Below, piece by piece: positions 50,993 to 63,454 of a stretch of DNA of 64,000 nucleotides (positions are counted from its first letter, which is position 1; each line of letters begins with the position of its first letter). The notes under the pieces are model-generated. The model made no database searches, was not told where the DNA came from, and was given only the letters and a program-made list of their open reading frames with translations. The position numbers and the translations under genes are program-made. The stretch is taken from NCBI GenBank assembly GCA_001643675.2, contig LSRY02000013.1, positions 372,001 through 436,000 on the forward strand, read 5' to 3'. The stretch comes from Monocercomonoides exilis PA203. Taxonomy: Eukaryota > Protista > Preaxostyla.

Positions 50993-52127
50993 TTAATGAA
51001 ATCCAAATAGAGCGTGTTTGAACACGTGTGTTGCTAATGCTGTTGATTGTTCAGAAAGTATCTTCTGAGCATCCTTCAAAAGTGTTGAAAACGCAGTCTT
51101 CTTTCCACGTCCATCAGCTGCTTGATTGCTGCTCATTTGCTGCATCTTCTGAGATAATTCAACAAGCTGCTTTGTATAATAATCTTGATTCTAATTTTTA
51201 ATTAAAATATTTTCGAATAATCAATAGTGAAAACAATATGATGCTCAAATCAGACAAATAAATTAGCACACAAGTAAAAATTGAGTTGTGGAAACAGTGT
51301 TCACCCAATATTTTCTCTGTAATGCAGTAAGAACTCTTTTATCTGTTGATGATTGGAAAAATGTGGTATCCAGTTTGTAATATCGATGAGCCTGTGAACC
51401 CCAATCCTCAAACTTAGCTTGGGGAACTGATTGATATTCTAATTGAGAAGTTTCTGGTTGATATCCTTCTGGATATGTTCTGAATGCTCCTATCTCCACT
51501 CTTCCAGAGGACATTGTTCGCACAGGATCAACAACAATTGCCAAATATGGATCAAGCGCTTGATTGAGCGATTGTGTTGCAACATCAATTGCAGACATCC
51601 AACATCCGTACCCAGGATGTGAATGATACCATCCAACTATTTGTTCGGGACGTCCCAACTGATAAAATAAAAGAAAGCGAAATTTTTTTCGCATTATTTA
51701 AGTATTGTTATTTAAATAAACTCATTTTCAATCAAAAAGCAATCACACCTCCGTTGATAAAATAGCATATTGTGCCATGTATGAGTTTGCTTGATCTCCT
51801 GCATTGACTCTTGTCTCTGTTCCTTCAACAGGAAGAGCGAAAGCATCCATAACATAAAATGTATTTGGTGTTACTTTTCCCTGTAAAATCCCCATGACTT
51901 CGAGCTTGCCTCCCGCACATGCGTGCATAACTAATTTAAGTAAAGCTAAAGCGGATATCTTCACATTCTGAAAATATTTTGGACTTAAAATATTGTCAAA
52001 TAAAAAATAAGTTGGCACTCAAAATAAAGTTATACTTTTCCTTCCATGGCATCTTATCAGTAAATGCTCGCTGTTGTTCAGCGTCATAACGAAAAGGCTC
52101 ATCTGGATCCGAAAAACGCTGGGTCAT
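50993..52127 (-). CDS. COPS5: COP9 signalosome subunit 5 (JAB1/MPN+ metalloprotease)
   Basis: Four exons. [52 protein letters not shown] and EIGAFRTYP. Confidence 0.96.
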
Positions 52128-52271
52128 AATAAAACAAATTTTCAATATGGGTTAGAGAGATTTGCATCATTGTAACTTGTTCGTTCAATAGATATATTGA
52201 TCATTAACTTTTGATTTGGTCAAATTCTTGTATGTTTGTTTCCAACCAAAATTTTTTCTATTCCCTGATAA

Positions 52272-54227
52272 ATGTCTGATTTCAACGTAGATAATGATAT
52301 ACCAAAGAGTTTTAAAGTACTAACTTGTATTATATTGCATTATAAATATTATGATTTTTGTCTTTCCTGTTTTACTTTTGTTTGCAGAGATTATTAGCTG
52401 TTACAAAGAGAAAACAGCTCAACCAAAGGATTCCAAAAGGACCAGATAGGCCTCGGAACATTGACTTCGAAGAAGAATCAGAAGATAATGTTTGAGTGAA
52501 GTTTTGTCGTATATATTTATATGTTTTTTGAAAATCAGTCTTCTGATTATGAAATCAGAGAAGATGAAAGACTGGCTGAATTTGGGTATGCTACTCATTC
52601 ATTAGAATGAATGAAAAAGAATGCAATTATGATATGATGAAATGCTTTTTATTTTATTTGTTTAGCGCTCGTTTACGTCAAAATAAGGCACATGAATTAA
52701 GAAAGGAAAGGGTGAAACAGACAAATCGGTACAAAAAAAGAATGGAGTATGTGAGTTCGAACTTTTTTAGATAACTTTATATATATTCGTTGTTTTTAAC
52801 GTAGATTTCTTGAACGAAAGAAAGAGAAGCAAAAGAAAACAAAAGAAAAGAAAGCACATAAAGATGAAGATTCTTCATCTGAGGGTGAGAACACTTCGTT
52901 TGGATTAAATCGTGGAAATTTGAGAGCAGAAACGGATATTCAGAAGAGATGGACAGTGAAACTTCCAGATGAAATCGAAGCTTTGCAAGAACAGAAGAAA
53001 GGAAAAAAAAGAGCGCTGGCATCTGAAAGTGGAAAGAGAAGAATGGAAGAATTGAAAAAGAAACGAAAGAGAGATGATGAAGGTTTGCCGGATGAAGAAA
53101 AGATGAAGGTGGATGAGCTTCTATCTGAAATCACGCTTTTTGGAGGAGGGGGTCGTAAAAACAGAGCAAGTGGAACATCAAGCAAAAGTCGAGCAATGAA
53201 AAGGATCAAGCGGGAAGAAGAGAAAGAAAGAAAGAAGCTTCTGAAAGAAAAGCTTCAAAGAGAAGAAAGAGAGAAAGAAAAGAAAAGACAAATGAAAGAG
53301 AAGAAGAAGAGAGTGCAGCAAAAGATGAAGGAGCAGAAAATGAGAGAAATGCAAGAGGCGGAAGAAATGAAAATGAAGGAAAAAAGAGAAGAAGAAACCA
53401 GCAGCCAAAAAGTACTTCATGAAGCAAAGCCCATTGAAACAGCGGTTATCGACGATGCGCAATTGCTCAAAGAAATAAACACATCAACACCTGCAGCGAA
53501 GCAGAAGAGAAATGAAGAGAAAGTGAAAACGCTTCTTCTCACATCAATGCTAAATTCATCCAAAGGAACCTCTTCGCATTCAAAAGCAACAACAAAATTA
53601 GAGCCAACAGAACAACAAGAAGATGAAAAATCATCAGTTTCTGATCTGCAAACCTCAGCTCCAGTTCCTATCAAAATTTCAATTTTTCCTGCTTCTGCTT
53701 CGACACACGTTGTCCCAGCTTCTGCAATGCCCCGACCAGCAAAGCGAGCATCAGCAGTATCTGCCATCTCCTCTTCTCCATCGATGGAACAGTCGAAAAT
53801 GCAGAACAGTTCAACTTTATCAACAACACTTACAAATCCAATGGACAAAACGTTGGCTGTTATTAAGCCAGCAAGGGATGTTTGGGAGAAGCCAACAATT
53901 GTTCTTCCGTATCTGAAAGCAATGGAGAAGAAGAAGAAAGCGAAGCGGAATGCTGAAATGAGAGGGTTTGATGATGAAAGCAGCATGGACGATGAATACA
54001 GCGATGAGTCGGACGATGACTCGTCAATTGGAGGAGATGAAGATAGTTCGGAGGAAGATTACATTCAGGAACTGAAAGAGAAGCAAAGCAGATATCAGGA
54101 AATGGAAAGAAATGAAGAAAAAGAAAGGCAGGCAAAGAAAAACAGAAGAAAAAGAGTGAAGAAGATGCTGTCACAGACATGGGCAAAGAAGAATGCCGAT
54201 AAATTAGCTGGCGACAGGTTTGATTGA
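52272..54227 (+). CDS. Hypothetical highly charged (K/E/R) coiled-coil protein
   Basis: Several short 5' exons followed by a long exon ~52805-54227; no family recognised. Confidence 0.65.
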
Positions 54228-54891
54228 AAAAAAGTTACAAAAATGTGATTAACAACCACATATCACTTCGCTTTAAACATTTCAAATAAATTATAAAGAG
54301 CATTCATTTCATAATTAAAAAAGACAAAGATGATTTATTTATGTTTGTTTTTTAAAAATTGATAAATGGGACAATATTTTTTGCTTTATGAATTTTATTC
54401 CATTCAGAGTTTCCGAATAAATTTCTCATTTTTTTTTTTATTTTTCTAAACCTTTTTGTAAAAGAACGTTTGACTTGTCATGATATGAAAGTGGAAAAAG
54501 TTTGGAACAAATCATTATTCTTTTCAAAAAAGCAAGAATTTTGTCCCAAATCAGCAAGAAATATTATCTCTCTGTGTAACTGGAACTCAAACCCCAAAAT
54601 TAACAGAATCGCTTTTTAATTTTTTATCTGGTGTAAAATATGTTGCTATATAAGATTCTGAATGGCCGAATGGATTTATAATGATTTGTATTTTTTATTT
54701 TGTTTCGTCACGCTGAATACAAAATTCGAACAAAGAAAATTTTTTGTCAACATTTGTGTTTTTCTTTATATTATGAACAAAACAATAGATGTTACAAATA
54801 TATATTTTCTTTCAAAAAGAACAAAAAAATTTTTTATTGATGATCAATTTTGAAATGTGTTAATGTTACTTTTGGATCACACAAATTGAAA

Positions 54892-56424
54892 ATGGAATCC
54901 AGTGCTGATCGGCGCTCAAAAGAAAGGTCTTCTTCAGCCTTAATTGAACGTGAAGAAAGGTCTCCGTCTCCTTCATCTTCACCAGACTTCGAAGATTACT
55001 CAAAACCAAAGAAAGAGAACTTTTTATGGAAGTACAGAATGGTGATTCCAAGTTTGTGATTAATTTTATCTTCAATCGCATTTGATATGCACTATTTTTA
55101 TTATGAAGATGGCTTAACGATGGGAAATGCATTGAGTGGGGTGTTTGCAGGATATTGTGCTGTTCATCACAAACCAATGTGGTGCTCGTTTTTAGTTGTT
55201 CTTGGATTTATATTTGGTACGTATAAGCATCTTTTTATGTTATTATTTATTGTTTTGGTGGAATTTTCGCAGATGCATTTGATGGACCAGCTGCGCGCCA
55301 TTTGAAATGTAGCGGAGATTTTGGCATGTTCATGGACAGGTAACTTTTTTATTTTTATATTGTAACATAATCATTATTTGATACTTTTTGATAATAGTCT
55401 TGCAGATGTAACAACATTTGGCGTTGCACCAACTCTTGCATTGCTTTCATATTTTGAAGAAACAACAGCTGGCATCGGAATTGTTCTTGGTGTTGTACAT
55501 TTCACTTGCACTGTTGTACGATTGGCGAAGTTTATGACAGAAGATGGTCCACCTGGAGTATTCCGCGGAATGCCATGCCCATTTGCAGGTGTTTTCAATG
55601 CGGCTGTTTGCGCAGCTGGTTTGGATAAAAAGTGGATCATTGTTGGTTCACTGATTCATTCATTCTATATGATTGATTGGGATACCTTGTATATCAAGCC
55701 ATTCTCTGTGAATGGAAAATTGAAGCTGTCATTTGTGTGGTTCCTCCACTTTTTGGCCCTGTTTTTGGCATCCAACAGAACACCATTTTCTCATATGTTG
55801 CTTGCCCTTATTCCAGTGTGCTACGGAACAATCCCTGTGCTGGTACGCTTGTACAGATGGATGTTCAAACACGCGAAATCGCCTGGCGAATTTGATTATG
55901 TGATGACTGTGGGTGTGTACGATATGTTCCATCGTGGTCATCTGGAACTGTTCTCGCACATGGCTGTCATGGGAAGGAACGTGTATGTTGCTGTTCACGA
56001 CGAAAAGAGCGTGTATCAGAACAAGAAAGTGCGTGTGACTGACTCGCTCGAAAAGAGAATGAATAACGTCAGCAAATTGAGAAGGGTAAAGAAAGTGTTC
56101 CCTGTCTATACTGGTTTGCTTATTTGTCTATTTTTTTGAAATAATAATTATTATTTATGAATGAAATTATTGAATTTTATGTTATAAATTTTCTTTGATG
56201 ATTTTCTTTTCGCTTCATCAGCTGATCCAACTCCGGCTATTAAAGAGATGCTGGATGCAGTTCCTAAGGGACAGAGCGTTGCTTATATGCGAGGTGATGA
56301 TTGGATTGAATTCCCCGGTAAGCCGTATCTGGTTGAACATAACATACCAATCATCTACCATCACTACACAGAGGGCGTTTCGTCTTCTCTTCTCAGACTC
56401 GCCCGCCAACGTCATACAATTTAA
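54892..56424 (+). CDS. Fusion of PssA-like CDP-alcohol phosphatidyltransferase and HIGH-type cytidylyltransferase
   Basis: Exons 54892-55051, 55109-55216, 55273-55339, 55398-56113, 56222-56424. IPNGLTMGN, DAFDGPAARHLKCSGDFGMFMDSLADVTTFGVAP and FRGMPCP, followed by GVYDMFHRGH, VAVHD, RGDDW and YTEGVSSSLLR. Confidence 0.9.
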
Positions 56425-56966
56425 TTTTCAATGTTTCTTTTTTGTTCCTTTGTTCTTTTCGTTTTGTTGTTGTGCAAATTCCTTTCCCTTCAGTTGTCTT
56501 TTGTGTGGTTTATTCCAACAAAAGACGTTTTTTAGAGTCTTTTTATTCGTTTTTTCAAATCATTTTCAAGTAAAATGTTTCACTCATTTTGAAAAGTGTT
56601 GTATTTTTTTAAAAGGAAATGTATCGAGATATTAATATGCTTTAAGCAAAGCTCAAAAGAAGCAAATGATTTTCATCTTTCGAAAATAAGTTGCCCTTTA
56701 GTGGTGAACATAATAGAAGAGTATTTCTAAGAAAATATCTTTCTCTTTTCATAATCTATAATTCAATTCTTTCAGGTTGGAAATCAGTCTTTTCCAGCTT
56801 CTTTTTGCTGAATGGAAATTTGCTTTGCGTAAGCTGAATGTATTGGCAAACTTCTTTTTCAATAAATAGCGTGTTGTAGCACATTTCCCAATTAATCGCA
56901 TTTTATCTCTATTCCGTGTGTTGTAAAAAATAAATAAAATAGTCAATTTGCGAATCCTTCTGCATC

Positions 56967-58248
56967 TCAACCTAATTTATTCCCGTAACCAGTTGGATGA
57001 TCGTCCTTCCATTCATCCATCTCCATCTGAGATTGTCTCTTCTCGTCAGAGTCCTCATTGCTATCATAGCCTTCTTCTTCTTCTTCTTCTTCTTCTTTCC
57101 TGGAAAAAATTCAATTTAAATTTGATATTTTTTGGAATCAATTGATTGCAAATGAATTCACACCTTTTTGACTTTAGCTGTAAACTTTCTTGAGAGATTC
57201 TTTCAAACTGCCTTTCTGCTTCCATTTGTTGCTCTTGCTCAAGAGAGTAAGTCCAAGTTTTGACAGGCTTAAAAACATTTTCCATCCTTTCAGCTCTTGT
57301 TGCCAAAAATGGTGACAAAGATGATGTGTTGCTCAGAATTTTCCCAGTCGTCCATTGTACGGGGCTAGATTGCTGAGAATAGCATGGAGCAGCAATGTTC
57401 GAGTGTTTAACACAACTCAAATCTTCTTGTATTGTAATGTTGCTTTTTCCAAGTGAGGAGGATAGTTTTGTTCCACTTTGTGTTTTCCTTGAACAATTTC
57501 TAACGGATGCTTCTGATAATTCAGTTGAACTCTTCTCTCTTGCTTCCAAAAGGTTTAGCTCTCGTGAAATATTACAAAGTTCTGTAAGAGCAGAAAGTGC
57601 AAATAAATGTAGTTGTAAAATATTCAATTTTCGTAATTCATTCTCGTCTGAAAAGCTAAGATCAAGATCATCATCATCGTTTGCTTTGTTGTGCTTCATT
57701 AATTCGGAGATCTGTTTTTCAAGTGCCTTTTCTTCTCCCATTTTTTCGAGTGCCACATCCCTGGATGATGTGATGTGCATGAAATTTCCTTTTTGAATTT
57801 CAGAAAATGCATTCTTTAACAGCAAATTACTTTCAAATTGAGAATAACTGTTGAGAATTGATAGAAATGTTTTATAATATTGTTGTGCTTCTATTAGAAC
57901 ATTCTTTCGCGTGTGTAGTTTAAATGTGGTTCTTGACACAAGGAATCCTTGTAAAAATGGAATTGAAAGAAGGCGAATATCCATTGATGAAAGTTCAGGT
58001 AATTCAAGGGTTTCACGAAGAGTATGGTACAGCCCCAAGGACTCCGTTAAAGTGTTGCATCGTTCAAGTATGTTCAATGCAGTTTTTATTTCAAAGTCAC
58101 TAGCAGAATGTGATTTTACTTTTTGATATATCCGAAAGGATCTCGCAAAAAGACAACCCAGTGGTGCTTCATGAGCTTCATCCGTTATGTCCTGCTTTAA
58201 CGAACAATCTTTAATTTTTGAATCATCTTCCTGATTCAATAAGCTCAT
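56967..58248 (-). CDS. IGBP1: TAP42/alpha4 PP2A regulatory subunit
   Basis: ELSSMDIRLLSIPFLQG, A..YYKTFL, RAERMENVFKP..TYSLE; last exon after intron ~57100-57162 encodes DEWKDDHPTGYGNK. Confidence 0.85.
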
Positions 58249-58949
58249 AAATCATTTACAAATATATATTATAATGGTTCAATAATTTTTCTCTAGAAAA
58301 TTAACGCAATTATTCTTAATTATATCTCTTTACAAAAGCCTCATGATTAACTGAATTTTAATTTGGTTAATTTGTAGTTTGAATTATGTGAAAAAGTCAA
58401 AATCTTTATTTGCACTGAAATATTCAATAAATCACATCATAATTCTATTCATAGTAAGTGTTAATAATGGCGGACACTTTCCATAACTGTGGACAGTAGT
58501 ATTATCTCAACGATCGTTTATGAAAGATTGTAGTAGAATTCTCATTTAGACTTTCTATGAATTCAAATAAAAATTAATTGTTTCAAACACACTTCCATCA
58601 CAAAAAAATATTATTAATCACCATTTTTTTTCTTTATTCTATGGAGCAGATTGTTTCATTTTCGTGAGTCACATAAATTTGCATAAGAAAAGGGAATAAA
58701 TAGGTTCATTGTCGAAATGTAACTTTCAATGGTTATTGAGATAATAATGTTGAACACAGTTGTTGAAAGTGTACGCCTGATTAACACTTACAATACGCTC
58801 TTTCAATGCACATATCCTTTTCTTTCATATCAAATTTGGACATTTGTAATAATAATTATGCATTTCACATTTGGATGAATATTATTTGGAGAGTGAAGAA
58901 AAATCTCTGAACATTCAACATCCGAATAAAGCGGTGATTTCATAAAATA

Positions 58950-59313
58950 CAGATTGTGTAAAAAAAAATTCAGGACAAGATATATTTCACAATAACTTCA
59001 AGAGGAATAATTCTGACAATTTCCCTCGAAATATATCTCATCAATACAAACTCATTTGAAAAACGAAACTTTCATAATAGCTTCTTTTGTGCTCAGATAA
59101 AAATTTTTCTAAAAATTTAGGAGAAACTCAAAATCATATTTCTCCTTGATTTCATTCATTAATTTTTTTTCGAGCACAAACAAGGAAGTTATGATAGTCT
59201 TGGATGTCACATGAGTTTATATTGATGATATATATTTCGAGGGAAAATGTCAGAATTATTCCTCTTGCGGTTATTGTGAAACCGATCTTGTGCGGTTTTT
59301 TGTGCAAAATCTG
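58950..59313. mobile_element. Foldback MITE, ~364 bp, nearly fully palindromic, with Tc1/mariner-like TA-CAG...CTG termini
   Basis: Arms 58950-59105 and 59161-59313, e.g. caagaggaataattctgaca / tgtcagaattattcctcttg. Central aggagaaa..tttctcct hairpin. Confidence 0.8.
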
Positions 59314-60099
59314 TGACGTCCATTTGTCAAGAATTATTTGAAGTATTTATTTTGTATAAAAACAAGTACAAAAAAAACTACAATTTTCTATTTGTATTTT
59401 GTTTTCTATTAAAAAAATTTTTTTGAATTGTTGCAAGCACATCATAAAGTATTAATTTCCATTTCTGTGAATTTTGATTTGTGTGAACAAAGATTTTATC
59501 AAAGCACACAGCTTTTATTTCCATTTGACAATCTTTTAAAAAGAACAATATTAAAACAATTGATATTTAACTTTTATGATTATATATTTTTTTTTAATTA
59601 TTTCCTTAGCGAGTTAGGAAAGTTTATTATGAAAATATCAATTGCATTATCTTTTTTTGAAGTTAGTATTAGTAAAAGGATTTTGTGTATTAATATATGC
59701 TTATTAATCTGAAGAAGCATTTGCATCTAATATTTTAAAGTTAGATGAAAAAAAAAAATGATTTTGTTCCCCAATTTATAAGTATCAATTGAATCTCCTT
59801 TCACTTACTTCATCATGTTATATTATATATGAAAAAAAGGAAAAACAAAAGTTTTTTCAATTCAATATTCAAGAACAAAAACAAACATCACAGATAATTG
59901 ATATAAAAATATGATATAACGCTTACAGTTGTTTTCTTCAATAGAATCCAACAAATTGTCTTCAAATAACAAGATTTTGAAAATTTGTGAAACAAATAGT
60001 TTGACCTGTAACAAAAATATCTAAAGATAAATTATTTTGCACTATATCTTTGAAATCAAATTAATTATTTGTTTTTTTCACTCTTTGCAAACTCTTAAC

Positions 60100-60830
60100 T
60101 CAATCTCCTCCAATGGCTCCATCTGATTTTTCTGTTTTTGTAACAATTCCTTGCTTATCGAATTCTCGTTGTATAATCCCCAATGTAACATGTACCACTC
60201 CACTAGATTCAGTACGTAACATTTTCCTGTCATCTCCAGATGCAATTAAACTTTCATTTTTCAATCTTGGTGTAAGTCCAAGAAATTCCTCTACAATTAA
60301 AATATTAGAAATTTATTGAACTTAACAATCATAAGCAAACTTGCAAATTCTTCTGTTTTTGTTCCAGTTGGCTTCCAAGTTAATATCTTCAAGTTGTGAG
60401 TTCCTGGAGCAAGTGGAACTTGGACGAATCCATATCCCTCTGAAAGTACGAAAAAAAAAAAATAATTAATCAACAAAGGAATGAAAAAACAAAATACCTA
60501 AATCATAACAACCATATTGATCAATTTTAAACACTTGAACAGCTAAGCGAGGCCATCCAATAACATTGGTCGTTGTAAAGAACAAATCAACAGGATGAGA
60601 CCAAACGCACATGTCACTCTATCATTAAAAATAACATACATCAAACAAGCCAAAGTCTTCAACAATAAAGTTGTGCATACAGAAGCATAATCAGTTTGCG
60701 TTTGACCTGTTTGCTCTCCTTTGTGCAATTTCCAATGCTCTCCATAAGTGAAAGTAAATTTACAGCAAAGATTTTTAGATGAAAATCCCGAAGCTCCAAC
60801 TATTTCACCAATCACATAAAGCTCAGCCAT
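60100..60830 (-). CDS. B9D2: B9 domain-containing protein 2 (ciliary transition zone)
   Basis: MAELYVIGEIVGASGF, GQTQTD, WSHPVD, GWPRL, GYGFVQVPLAPGTH and TWKPTG; 4 exons. Confidence 0.93.
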
Positions 60831-60910
60831 GATATTTAAATTTCCTCTTGATCATGTGCCATATAATTATTTTAAAAAAATCTGAAGAAATTTTAAGTTT
60901 TGTTTATCTT

Positions 60911-62756
60911 ATGATAGAACCAAATTCGTACGATGCCCAGCTATTTTTTTAAGAATTAATGTTTGATCCATTCTACTTTTCAATAGGATTATTGTGAAAG
61001 TTCCTGGAAAGATATTGATGAGCGGAGGATATTTAATTTTGAATGGAGATTCGCAAGGTTGTTGATTTTTTTCTTGAAGTGGTCTATAAGGAAAAACAAT
61101 TACATATGCAGGGGTTGTTGTTGCAACTCGAAATGCTCATTTTTACTGCGAACTGAAAGATGATGAAATAATTGCTGAATTACCAAAAACAGAAGAAGAA
61201 ATCCATATTGGGAAGCTAACTTTATCATCCCCTATGCTCATAAAGGAAAGTGAACATTACAACAGATGGAGATGTGAAACAACCAAAAATCTTCATTTCG
61301 AAAGATTGGATATTAAGATTAACCCTCTAATGGATTATTTTAGAAATACTTCGTTCGCATTTGAAAGATACTTGTTTGAAGAAGCGAAACTTTATGCAAT
61401 TTTATTCCATTTTCAATACATTTAACCGTATGGGCCAATGACTCATTTTATGCAAGTCCTTGCTTGATTTCATCGAACGAAGAATCTTGGAGTTGTTCAA
61501 TTCGAAAGCATGTATTACCACAAGATTATGAAATTAATGCAAAATGTGAGATAAATACATCGAATGAAATTTCTTGCAGTTCCAATATCGGAAAGACAGG
61601 ACTTGGAAGCAGCGCTTGCTTGGTAACTTCTGTGTGCGGTGCTCTTCTGCACTATTTCCTGGGAAAAAAGATGAAAAAGGATTCTATAAGCGAGCTCAAA
61701 ACGGATTTATGCTGCCCTTCTGTTTTTTAAACGCAATTGTTTTGCGCTTCACATTTGATACATTCTTTGCTTCAAGGAAAATTTGGAAGTGGTTTTGATG
61801 TTATGTGTTGTTGTTATGGTTCTCATTTGTTTCAACAGCCAAATAATTTACAATGCAAACCAGAGTTAATGGAAAGAGAAGAATTTTCAGGAGATTTTTT
61901 GAGAGCTAGAGTTGAAGATATGATGAAAATTTGGAATTTGCCGCCTTCAAAACTTCCCTTTAATGCATCTGTGCCTCTTTTTGTTAGCCTTTGTGAAGTT
62001 GGAAGTGGATCGTCTACAGTTTCTCTATCTTCACATCTTAAAAAATGGAAGACAGAACATTTAGAGGAATATGATCAGCTATTTAAAAAATTAAGTAAAA
62101 TCAACAAAGAATTGATTGAACACTTAAGGGATTTCAAAGTTGAGGAAAGCAAAAGTGAAGATGACGAAAGTAATACATCTAAATGTGATGATATAAGCAG
62201 TCAAATGTCTTCTTCATTTTCTTTCCACCTCATTCTGCACAAGAGAATTTCTTAATCGCTCTTTCAATTTTATTTGAAAAATATAGAAAACAACTTCTTA
62301 CCATCAGTACAAAAAGTGGGGTTCCTATTTGTCCGTTGTTAATTGATGAGGTTGCAGATGTCCTAAAATTAGACGAAGATGGTGTAGTTGCCGTTGGAGT
62401 TCCAGGAGGCGTGACTTTTGAATATTCAGAATTGTATTAATTTTTTGAGATTATTATTATTATAATTTAACTTTATGAATATTCTTTATGATTATTATGC
62501 ATCAAAAAAATTCGATTCCTCAACTGCAGCTGGAGGGGAAGATGCATTCTTCATCTTGCTTTCGCGAATAAATTCACTGGAAAGTGTAGCAAAGAAAATA
62601 AATTCTATCTGCAGTAAATACAAACGAAACATTGTTCTGCATCAACTATTTCAGATAAATACTGCACAAGAATTTTCAAATCAAATTGTTACAGATGGAT
62701 TTTCAGTCCAAATTTTAAAAGACAAACTTTTATCAATTCAAAAGCATGAAATATGA
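60911..62756 (+). CDS. ERG8: Phosphomevalonate kinase, ERG8 (GHMP) type
   Basis: VPGKILMSGGYLIL, ANDSFY, KTGLGSSACLVTS, QGKFGSGFDV, GSGSST, GVPI.P and GVPGAGGEDA. Multi-exon, with one in-frame TAA at 61728. Confidence 0.85.
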
Positions 62757-63018
62757 AACGAACATTTTAAAATTAGATGTTCTATGCGAAAGAAAAATAG
62801 GAAGAAAAATATTGAACACATGATACCCTCTTATTTTTTATATTATTTGTCAAAAGAGAATAAATCACAAAAAATGAAATGAAAATTCAATTAAAAGAAT
62901 TAAAAATACAAAATAACAAAACGCTAAATAAGAACAATTAAAATGCAACAGAAAGAGCATTTGACGTGAAGAAGTTCAATATAAGTGATTGCAAAGTAAA
63001 TATAATTTCCAATTTCCT

Positions 63019-63407
63019 CTAATTGTGCTTTTTTGCAAAATCCGCTGCTTTTGAAAACGAATCTACAATCTTTTCAAGTTTTGATTTTGAGACTCTGATG
63101 TATTCAGTTTCAAAATTCTATAGAACATATATAAAACATTAAAACGTAACAAAACATTGCAAACTTCTGTGCCGTTATCATCAACAGTGCTGAAAACAGC
63201 TTCTAAAACGGCGTGTGGAGCAGAAACTTCGTCATCATCTTCCTCTTCTCCAACCTTGACAGGAACATCAATTCTCCAATTTAATCCACATAATTTCTTT
63301 CCCCATCTGACTTTCGTTTCATCTGCAGTTGCACCTTGCCCGCTAATTTCCATTTCCTCATCATCTTCTTCGTTGATTGTTTCAGTTTGATCTCGTTCTT
63401 GTTCCAT
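63019..63407 (-). CDS. Short COMM-domain protein (COMMD-like)
   Basis: Exons 63165-63407 and 63019-63117. LCGLNWRIDV....PHAVLE followed by an amphipathic helix; no N-terminal helical domain. Confidence 0.55.
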
Positions 63408-63454
63408 TTAATTGACGAAAAAATTACTGATCAAAGACAGTCAAATAAAAAGGT

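Noticed and set aside
41563-61730. Stop-codon reassignment (TAR=Gln or TGA=Trp/Sec) to explain in-frame stops in VPS36 and ERG8
   Set aside because: Long ORFs are free of internal stops, Gln uses CAA/CAG, and intact genes end at TAA, TAG and TGA. VPS36 also has a frameshift.
3644-63407. Functional cluster of trafficking and cilia genes (WASHC3, Rab, VPS52, VPS36, COMMD, IFT43, B9D2)
   Set aside because: They are interspersed with unrelated genes, these categories are large, and there is no evidence of co-regulation.
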